A stretch of DNA of 27,061 nucleotides. It comes from an uncultured Patescibacteria group bacterium. GTDB lineage: Bacteria; Patescibacteriota; Microgenomatia; UBA1406; GWC2-37-13. The position numbers and the translations under genes were made by a program. Shown here in pieces: positions 9,100 to 16,179 of the stretch. Position 1 is the first letter of the stretch, and each line of letters opens with the position of its first letter. The stretch covers positions 1-27,061 of the forward strand of contig CALLVF010000007.1 of the NCBI GenBank assembly GCA_938010745.1. Reading direction: 5' to 3'. The notes below the pieces were generated by a model that saw nothing but the letters and a program-made list of their open reading frames with translations, had not been told where the DNA came from and searched no databases.

Positions 9100-9128
9100 A
9101 TTATACACTTTTTCAGTTAAAAAATCAA
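9100..9128 (-). promoter_or_regulatory. sigma70-type promoter (TTGATT-17 bp-TATAAT)
   Basis: Reverse complement: -35 at 9128-9123, -10 at 9105-9100. Confidence 0.55.
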
Positions 9129-9271
9129 TAGTTAAATTAGTAAAAAAGTAAAAAAAGCAATGATAAAATTTTTAAAAAGAAGTTATAATTGAAACAGTTA
9201 TCAGAAAAAAACAGAAAGATTGATAAATTTAATGTTAAAAATTGATAACGAATAGTGGGCGTGGTGATTTT

Positions 9272-10006
9272 TTATTTTTTTATTTGATTTTTAATCGCCT
9301 CAATTACTTGTCTTACTTCCTCCATCGAAGCTAAATAATAATATTTTTTTATCATACCTTTCTTCCATTCATAAATTAAAGGGATACAATATGGAACATT
9401 TACCTCAACTATTTCCTTATCTGAAATTTTATTTAAATACTTAATAATCGCACGAAGTGAATTACTGTGACCAGATAAAATTATATTTTCACCTTTTTTA
9501 AGAAGCGGTTCAATGTTTTTTTGGAAATAAGGAATAGTCCTTTCATAAGTATCTTTTAACGATTCAGAAGAAGGTAGTTCTTCCACTGGTACATCATTGT
9601 ACAAGGGGTCAAAGCGAGGATGACGAGGGTCGGAGAATGAAAGTTTTGGAGGAGCAACGTTATAACTTCGTCGCCAGATATTAACTTGCTCCTCTCCATA
9701 TTTTTCCACAGTCTCTGGTTTTTCTAAACCTTGTAATGCTCCATAATGCCTTTCGTTAAGATGCCAATCGCGATATAAAGGAATATTTTTTTGTCCCAGA
9801 ACTTCCAGAAAAATCTCTAGAGTTTGATACCCTCTTTTTAAAACTGAAGTAAAACCTTTATCAAAATTGATGTTTTTTTCTCTTAAGCGTAAAGCGTATT
9901 TTTTTGCCATCTCTATCCCCTCTGGAGATAAATCTACATCAGTCCAACCAGTAAATTTTTTTGCCCAGGCTGTTAAACCATGACGAACGATGACTAAATA
10001 ATTCAT
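9272..10006 (-). CDS. gpmA: 2,3-bisphosphoglycerate-dependent phosphoglycerate mutase
   Basis: VRHG, FTGWTDVDLS, LNERHYGALQG, QVNIWRRSY, ESLKDT, HSNSLR. Confidence 0.95.
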   Translation of the reverse strand: MNYLVIVRHGLTAWAKKFTGWTDVDLSPEGIEMAKKYALRLREKNINFDKGFTSVLKRGYQTLEIFLEVLGQKNIPLYRDWHLNERHYGALQGLEKPETVEKYGEEQVNIWRRSYNVAPPKLSFSDPRHPRFDPLYNDVPVEELPSSESLKDTYERTIPYFQKNIEPLLKKGENIILSGHSNSLRAIIKYLNKISDKEIVEVNVPYCIPLIYEWKKGMIKKYYYLASMEEVRQVIEAIKNQIKK

Positions 10007-10066
10007 AAAAAATTCCTTTCCGATAATGTGAAATTTAGAAATTAAAGTAATAAAAAATACGGTAAA

Positions 10067-11299
10067 TTACAATTCATTTTCAATTTCAATTAAACGATTA
10101 TACTTTGCCAATCTTTCAGAGCGAGACATTGAGCCTGACTTGATAAAATCAGCCCCTACCCCATAGGCAAAATCAGCAATAAATGGATCCTCTGTCTCTC
10201 CAGAGCGATGAGAAACTATTACATGCCAATTATTTTTTTGAGCTAATTTAACTGCCTCAACTGTTTCCAAAACTGTGCCAATTTGATTAAGTTTTATCAA
10301 AACGGCATTGGTTGTTTTTTGATCAATTCCTTTTTTAATTAAGTTTGGGTCAGTTGTATAAATATCATCACCAACAACCATGGATGGAGAGATTTGACTT
10401 GTAAATTTAGAAAAATTTACCCAATCATCTTCAGCAAATGGATCTTCAAAAGAAAAAACCTTGTACTTATCTTTTAGCTTTTTATAATACAAAATTAGTT
10501 CATCACCTGATAAAACACAATTTTCTTTTTGAAAAAAATATTTTCCCTTTTGATAAAACTCAGAGGCGGCAGCATCTATCGCTAAATTAAAATCAGTATC
10601 ATTCTTATAACCAAGCCTATCAGCTGCCTCTAAAATCAGCTCAAAAACTTCCTCGTTGTCAGACAAAGAGGGAGAAAAACCTCCTTCATCACCAACTAAA
10701 ACAGAAAGTTTTTTTTCTTTAAGAATCTTGCCTATTTGGTGAAAGATTTCCGCTGCAATCCTTAACGATTTTGAAGGTTTGTTTGATTGAGGAGAAATTA
10801 TAAATTCCTGGACATCAAAATTCCAATTTGCGTGCTTTCCGCCATTAACAACGTTTACCATCAATCTTGGAAAATTAGTTTTTTTAAATGAGTAGTATTC
10901 ACTGATAAAACGCCAAAGAGGAATTTTTCTCGACAAAGCTATTGCTCTTACTAGTGATTGAGATACACAAAGAATGGCATTAGCACCAAGAAAGGACTTA
11001 TTTTTTGTTCCGTCTTCTTTTATTAAAATTTTATCAATTACTTCCGGCTCTGCCTTCTGACCAACAATTAACTTTTTAATTTTATCATTTACATTTTCAA
11101 TCGCCCTCAATACTCCCTTACCAAAATATCTTCTTTTATCACCGTCACGAAGCTCTAAAGCTTCATGAGAACCCGTAGATGCCCCTGAGGGAATGGAAGA
11201 TACACCAACTGTTTGATCATCAAGAAAAACAAAAGTTCGTAGAGTTGGTATTCCCCTTGAATCTAGAATCTCAATAGCTTTTACATCTTTGATTATCAT
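10067..11299 (-). CDS. eno: Enolase
   Basis: EILDSRG.PT, PSGASTG, GDEGGF, EDPF, LIKLNQIG, SHRSGETED, RSERLAKYN. Confidence 0.98.
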   Translation of the reverse strand: MIIKDVKAIEILDSRGIPTLRTFVFLDDQTVGVSSIPSGASTGSHEALELRDGDKRRYFGKGVLRAIENVNDKIKKLIVGQKAEPEVIDKILIKEDGTKNKSFLGANAILCVSQSLVRAIALSRKIPLWRFISEYYSFKKTNFPRLMVNVVNGGKHANWNFDVQEFIISPQSNKPSKSLRIAAEIFHQIGKILKEKKLSVLVGDEGGFSPSLSDNEEVFELILEAADRLGYKNDTDFNLAIDAAASEFYQKGKYFFQKENCVLSGDELILYYKKLKDKYKVFSFEDPFAEDDWVNFSKFTSQISPSMVVGDDIYTTDPNLIKKGIDQKTTNAVLIKLNQIGTVLETVEAVKLAQKNNWHVIVSHRSGETEDPFIADFAYGVGADFIKSGSMSRSERLAKYNRLIEIENEL

Positions 11300-11308
11300 T
11301 ACATATAA

Positions 11309-11382
11309 AATTTACATCTAAATAAAAAAAATTGCAAGTTTTTTAAAAATCTATTGACAAAACATTTTTTTTATTTAATAAT
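11309..11382. promoter_or_regulatory. Back-to-back divergent sigma70 promoters (eno and glutaredoxin-like gene)
   Basis: Minus strand: TTGCAA 11337-11332, 17 bp, TAAATT 11314-11309. Plus strand: TTGACA 11354-11359, 17 bp, AATAAT 11377-11382. Confidence 0.5.
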
Positions 11383-11392
11383 GAAATTTATT

Positions 11393-11965
11393 ATGAAAAT
11401 TACTATCTATACCGTCAGCGACTGTCAGTTTTCCAAAGCAGAAAAAGAATATTTAGCTTCCCACAATCTTCCTTTTGAAGAAAAAAATTTAGAACAAAAT
11501 CGAGAATGGTTGTCTGAGATGTTGACTATATCCAATAACTTTGCTGGTACGCCAGTTACCAAAATTGAAAAAGATGATGATCAAATAATTGTTTTAAAAG
11601 GATTTACAAAAGAAGAATTTGATAAAGCATTAAATATAACTACTCAAGAATCAAGCCCAGCGCAAACAGTGAACCAAACAACTCCCACTCCTCAAACAAC
11701 ATCAGAACCACCTCAACAGCCGCCATCACCACCAGCACAACCCACTCAACAAACCTCACAAACTTCATCAACGATTCCTTCAGTTAATCAATCACCTGCT
11801 TCACCATCCCTATCAAATCAACCGCTAACTAATACCTCATCCACTTCCACTCAACCCAATGATCCCTTAAACTCTATTCTTAATGAGTTACAAAAAAAAG
11901 TTAACGAAAACAATCCTAATCAACCCTCTACTCCGTATATTCCTGATTTCCCTGCAAAAGATTAA
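11393..11965 (+). CDS. Glutaredoxin/NrdH-like domain (CQFS) with long P/Q/S/T low-complexity tail
   Basis: ITIYTVSDCQFSKAEKEYL, GTPV cis-Pro site, KGFTKEEF; then ~100 aa low-complexity region. The ORF-track TTG start at 11354 is the -35 box. Confidence 0.8.
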   Translation: MKITIYTVSDCQFSKAEKEYLASHNLPFEEKNLEQNREWLSEMLTISNNFAGTPVTKIEKDDDQIIVLKGFTKEEFDKALNITTQESSPAQTVNQTTPTPQTTSEPPQQPPSPPAQPTQQTSQTSSTIPSVNQSPASPSLSNQPLTNTSSTSTQPNDPLNSILNELQKKVNENNPNQPSTPYIPDFPAKD

Positions 11966-12048
11966 TAAATAAAAAATGGTAAAAACTTCTTCCAGAGTCA
12001 AGATAAATTTAAGAAAGTCAGTTCTAAATTATTTTTGCAGACTTTAAG

Positions 12049-12090
12049 CAGGGGCTGAAGGAATCGAACCCCATCAAAGGTTTTGCCCTA
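12049..12090 (-). pseudogene. tRNA-Trp-like remnant (3' half; D-arm and 5' anticodon arm absent)
   Basis: Minus strand TAGGGC-AAAACC-TTTGAT-GGGG-TTCGATT-CCTTC-AGCCCCT-G: T-loop, acceptor 3' strand and G discriminator are present. Confidence 0.7.
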
Positions 12091-12112
12091 GAATTATCTT
12101 GTAAATTTCAAG

Positions 12113-12183
12113 CAGGGACGCCCCGACTCGAACGGGGAAAGACGGTTTTGGAGACCGTCGTGATACCATTTCACCACGTCCCC
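12113..12183 (-). tRNA. tRNA-Trp (CCA), 3'-CCA not encoded
   Basis: GGGGACG/CGTCCCT acceptor, GTGA/TCAC D-stem, ACGGT-CTCCAAA-ACCGT, CCCCG-TTCGAGT-CGGGG. Confidence 0.95.
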
Positions 12184-12189
12184 TAAAAA

Positions 12190-12345
12190 AACATCTAGCA
12201 ACTAACACTTAACATCTAACGTCTAATTTTTAACTTTATAAACTTTCTAACTTTAAAACTTTCAAACTCTAATAATTTAAAATATTTTAATTTTCTAATT
12301 TTTAATTGTAATTTTTAATTTTTGATTTTAATTTTTAATTTATCT
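12190..12345. repeat. Periodic AT-rich repeat tract between the tRNAs
   Basis: aacactt aacatct aacgtct... then ttttaat-type units; 12204-12247 matches the reverse complement of 20611-20647. Confidence 0.7.
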
Positions 12346-12349
12346 ACAG

Positions 12350-12421
12350 TGTCCTCGGGCAGAATCGAACTGCCACCAGAGGTTCCGCAAACCCCTATTC
12401 TATCCATTAAACTACGAGGAC
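12350..12421 (-). tRNA. tRNA-Arg (GCG), 3'-CCA not encoded
   Basis: GTCCTCG/CGAGGAC acceptor, GGGGT-TTGCGGA-ACCTC anticodon arm, GGCAG-TTCGATT-CTGCC T-arm. Confidence 0.93.
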
Positions 12422-12489
12422 AAACAATTATCGCAGTTTTTTATATAAATATTCTAACACAATAAATAAAAAATTATTGCTTGAATAAC

Positions 12490-12683
12490 CAATATCTAAC
12501 ATCTAATGTCTTACAACTAACATCTAACTTTAAAACTTTTAAACTTTTTAAACTTTAATATTAAATATTAAATTTCAAATGAAAAATATCAAATAATAAA
12601 TAAAAAATTAATTACAAATATCCGAAATGTCGAATGTCAAATTTGTAATTTTTTAATTTTTAATTTTAATTTTTTGCTTCTAC
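12490..12683. repeat. Periodic AT-rich repeat tract upstream of the nuclease gene
   Basis: atctaac atctaat...; aaacttt x3; aaatatt/aaatttc; gaaatgtc gaatgtc aaatttg; ttttaat units. Confidence 0.65.
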
Positions 12684-12749
12684 CTTTTATTTTCTATTTC
12701 AATATTCATTAAGATTGAATTAAGACAACTTGTTAATTTCTAATTATGA

Positions 12750-12777
12750 TTGATATTATTTAAAAAAAATATATAAT
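12750..12777 (+). promoter_or_regulatory. sigma70-type promoter (TTGATA-16 bp-TATAAT)
   Basis: -35 at 12750-12755, -10 at 12772-12777, ATG at 12792. Confidence 0.5.
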
Positions 12778-12791
12778 ATCCTACTTAAAAA

Positions 12792-15479
12792 ATGGCTAAA
12801 GAAAATTTAATTAATGCCTGGTATCAAGAAAAAAATGATCGTTTTGATCAAGAAAAATTAAAAACATTAAAAGAATTAATTGATAATGATCAGAAAATAC
12901 TGGCTGTTTTTAATCTTTTTCCTCAGTTTGACCAAGAATTTTCTTTTTTATATTTTGTCAATCCTGACATTGGCGGCTCGCTGGGTTCTGGCTTAAGAGT
13001 AGTTTCTCTAAGAAACGTGATTGATCCAAATTTAAATATTATTATTCCCTCTTGTAACTTTGCAGGAATTTTTATTCCAAAAACAGATGACCTAAAGGAA
13101 TCATTAAATGAAGCAAAAAGAATAAAACAAACCCTCATTCGCAAAAGGACCAAATTTTATCCTAACATCCCGGAAGAATCTTTTAGGATTGCAATCGCAA
13201 CTGACAAACAAGTAGAATATTGGAAGAAATTAGGTTTTTTTGATGAAATTAAACCAAACCTAGAAAACGCTCCATCACTTTTATCAATAATTAATGCTCT
13301 TTATAATCCGAAAACTGGTTTTGGTCTTGATAATTTAGGAGTCAGGTTCCGAACCAAAGGAATAACTGTTCCTCAAATTGATGTTTCATTTTACACTTTG
13401 GATGAAAATAAAATTGCTCAACCTTGTGCTTTAACTCTTTGGGGCTGGGATAAAACTTTAGAAAATCTTGTCCCTTATGAAAATGTTACCGCCTTAGTAA
13501 GTGTCCCCCGTGAACTTCCTCTTTCTCAAAGAAAAGCAATTCAACGAGAAACACAAAAACTTCTTGTATATTGGCTAAAAAACCCAGAAGCTAATGTACT
13601 TACAGTTGATAAATCTCTTTTAAATTTTTGGCAAGAAAAAGGAGCTTTAGTTAGTGAAGAAACAAAAAGACTATTAAATTTAATTCCTTTAAGAAAAAGA
13701 GTTGATTATGGAGGCATAGCCGAAAAACCAAAATCAGCAAAATTGGTTCTTTTTGAACCAAAAACAATGGTTGGCGGCCCACAGCTTTTAGTTGATGTTA
13801 GTCTAGAAAATATTAGCTCATCAGTAATTCTTGACTGGGGGCTTCCTTATATTAATGAAGCATTAATGAGCTTGGGAAATCGACCTTCTTTCATTAAAGG
13901 ACTTAATCCTTTTTTAGAAGAGGGAATGCTACCTGAGATAAGAAGACTTTACCGCCTTGATCTTCTAACTCAATCATTAACTCCCCAAATGATTAATACC
14001 GTTTTAACTGGTAATTACTCTTTCATTTTAGGTGAAATTTACCACCGTAAAGGTTGGCAATACTTGGCAGATTTAATAAATGAAAAATTTCCCGGTTATT
14101 TTACTCTTCAGCAATTAAATGATCTAAAGACTCATTTGGAAAAGATCGAAGATGAATATTACTCTGACAAGAGAATTTTTGAGGAAGTATTAATTAGTCA
14201 TGGTCATACTGACCATTATGGTGGATTAGTATTTGTAAGAGATGAAATTACAGCAGGGATGTCACCGGAAACTTATGCTTTCCTAAACGCGCGCTTTCAT
14301 CAACCTGGCACTTGGCTTGATGAACACATAATAAGAAAAAAAAGAGATAATGAAAAAAAACCATATTCTCTTGCTAAAAGACCTATTCATCTTTACTTTC
14401 CCAATGCTTCAGAAAGAATCGCTCCCCATATATCTGTAACTGCATTTCCTTTAAATCATAGCATTATTGGTGCCCTAGGATTTGTTATTGGCATCACTGA
14501 TAAAAAAGGAAATCCCTTAACTCATGTTGCTTATTTAACTGATTTTCGCGAAGGTCCCCTAACAACAACCACCATTGAAGCGATTAAATCAGTAGCTCCT
14601 GAGGTATTAATTATAGAAGGGACAAATATTGCCGAGGAAAAAACCTCAAGTATTGTAACGGAAGAAATGGTTAAATTAAATATCGAAAAGTTTTTAAAAC
14701 AAGCTGATCATACAGGTGGATTTTTTATTATCCAAATACCACCCAATCACCTAGAAAGACTGACTAATATTGTGGAAATTGCCGGAAAAAGAAAGGTAGC
14801 TATTCCTTTACCAATTGCCCAAATCCTTCATGAATTTTATATTCTCAATGAAAATTTACCGCCAGAGCAAAGAATTAATCTTCCTAAAATTGGCACTGAT
14901 TTGGTGGTTTATTATCCTCAAAAGATAACCTATGACCCTTGGGAGCGACAATTAATTGATCAATATCAAGCAACAGATATTTTTTCCTTAACCTCTGATC
15001 CCGGCAACTACATTATTATTGTCTCCCACTATATCCTTTTGGAGAATCTTTTTGCCGGACAATTAGTAAAAAGTAAAAATTCACAAGGATACATAATCAA
15101 CGCTACCTACTGGCCATATAGCGATCAGACTAAAGCAACCTTAATGTCCAATTACCGTTTTGCTAAAGCTAATAACCTTGCTTTTTTAAGTGATTTTGAC
15201 CTCTCAAGAAATACTATTCAAAGACCAAGGGAAAAAATTATCGGTGTTCACGCCTCCGGCCACGCCAGTGATGAGTATTTACTGTCGGTTATTGATCAAA
15301 TTGCTCAAGATGGGAGTTTAAAAACTGTTTTACCTATTCATACTCAATTTAGAGGCAAATATGCAAAGAGGATAATTGAAAAGTTAAGAAAAAGAGGTGG
15401 AGGAATTTACCCAGAGCTTGATAACATAAAAATAATTGGAAAAGTAAAGAAGCGAGTAGCAGAAATTCCTATATTCTAA
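12792..15479 (+). CDS. MBL-fold beta-CASP (RNase J-like) nuclease with ~315 aa unknown N-terminal extension
   Basis: GG...ILDWG, ISHGHTDHYGG (HxHxDH, 14199-14216), NHSI, YLTDFR, LIIEGTN, HASGH (15249), PIHT (15339). Confidence 0.85.
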   Translation: MAKENLINAWYQEKNDRFDQEKLKTLKELIDNDQKILAVFNLFPQFDQEFSFLYFVNPDIGGSLGSGLRVVSLRNVIDPNLNIIIPSCNFAGIFIPKTDDLKESLNEAKRIKQTLIRKRTKFYPNIPEESFRIAIATDKQVEYWKKLGFFDEIKPNLENAPSLLSIINALYNPKTGFGLDNLGVRFRTKGITVPQIDVSFYTLDENKIAQPCALTLWGWDKTLENLVPYENVTALVSVPRELPLSQRKAIQRETQKLLVYWLKNPEANVLTVDKSLLNFWQEKGALVSEETKRLLNLIPLRKRVDYGGIAEKPKSAKLVLFEPKTMVGGPQLLVDVSLENISSSVILDWGLPYINEALMSLGNRPSFIKGLNPFLEEGMLPEIRRLYRLDLLTQSLTPQMINTVLTGNYSFILGEIYHRKGWQYLADLINEKFPGYFTLQQLNDLKTHLEKIEDEYYSDKRIFEEVLISHGHTDHYGGLVFVRDEITAGMSPETYAFLNARFHQPGTWLDEHIIRKKRDNEKKPYSLAKRPIHLYFPNASERIAPHISVTAFPLNHSIIGALGFVIGITDKKGNPLTHVAYLTDFREGPLTTTTIEAIKSVAPEVLIIEGTNIAEEKTSSIVTEEMVKLNIEKFLKQADHTGGFFIIQIPPNHLERLTNIVEIAGKRKVAIPLPIAQILHEFYILNENLPPEQRINLPKIGTDLVVYYPQKITYDPWERQLIDQYQATDIFSLTSDPGNYIIIVSHYILLENLFAGQLVKSKNSQGYIINATYWPYSDQTKATLMSNYRFAKANNLAFLSDFDLSRNTIQRPREKIIGVHASGHASDEYLLSVIDQIAQDGSLKTVLPIHTQFRGKYAKRIIEKLRKRGGGIYPELDNIKIIGKVKKRVAEIPIF

Positions 15480-15613
15480 ATCAAAGTTTTTTTTAAGATT
15501 AGTTTACTTCTATTCATTTTATTAATAAAATATTTTCCAATTTATAATATCTAAATAACGAATATAAAATTTGTAATTTTTAAATTTTTACTTTTATTTT
15601 TTATTTATTTAGG

Positions 15614-15686
15614 TGTTCTCGGGCAAAATCGAAATGCCACAAAAGGTTTCGAAAACCCTATTCCATCAATACCTAAAACACAAAAC
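15614..15686 (-). pseudogene. Degenerate copy of tRNA-Arg
   Basis: 15613-15670 aligns to 12349-12407 with 9 substitutions and 1 gap; T-stem mismatch and broken acceptor/D-arm. Confidence 0.8.
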
Positions 15687-15699
15687 TCAACTATTGCTA

Positions 15700-16111
15700 A
15701 TAACTTTTTTCCTAAAAATTTGTAAGAGATAATATAAGTATGAAGCCAGAAAATCGTTTTACCTGGAGCACCAATTTTTAATTTTATTTTTAACCTTGGT
15801 TTGACTAAAAAAAGGTTTGACTAAAAAAACCGATAACTAAATCCTCTCTAATGAACTAACTTAAAATATCTAAACTATAAGGCAAATTTTTTTCTCGTGA
15901 TTTTTTGATGAAAGGAATTTCCTGAAAAATCCTGTGTCTATGAAAATAATCAAAAATCATAAAAAATTTTTCTCAAAATTTACTGCTCCATCTTTATTGA
16001 TATATATTTTTGAACTAAGCTTTTTATTTCCTTTCTTGAAAACCTACCAACAAAAATCTTCCCGAAACCAACAATTAGCAAATAGCAATCAAAATAAAAT
16101 TTTTTTATCAT
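15700..16111 (-). pseudogene. Shattered 5' remnant of a DUF2207-like membrane protein gene
   Basis: Fragments in shifting frames: signal-like N-terminus, SKIYINKDGAVNFE, FDYFHRHRIFQEIPFIK, KIGAPGKTI..LHTYIISYK. These resemble the DUF2207 N-terminal pattern I.I..DG / RHGI.R.IP / IKIG.P..T..G.HTY.I.Y. Confidence 0.7.
15798..15829. repeat. Exact 16-bp tandem duplication (ggtttgactaaaaaaa x2)
   Basis: Directly visible; lies inside the DUF2207 remnant. Confidence 0.9.
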
Positions 16112-16179
16112 ACATATTAAAGCATAAAAATTAGTAAAGATTAAATAGAAAATCAAACATCCAAGGTTAATTATGAGTT

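Noticed and set aside
15614-15686. Functional tRNA-Arg(UCG), since the copy's loop reads TT-TCG-AA
   Set aside because: The T-stem has a mismatch, the T-loop is altered and the acceptor and D arms do not pair. The anticodon change fits the general GC-to-AT decay.
12306-15710. Active integrative element or prophage
   Set aside because: No integrase, transposase or phage gene is present, and the flanking repeats are ~17% diverged.
15934-16134. 66-aa plus-strand ORF
   Set aside because: Antisense to the DUF2207-like remnant; no motif.
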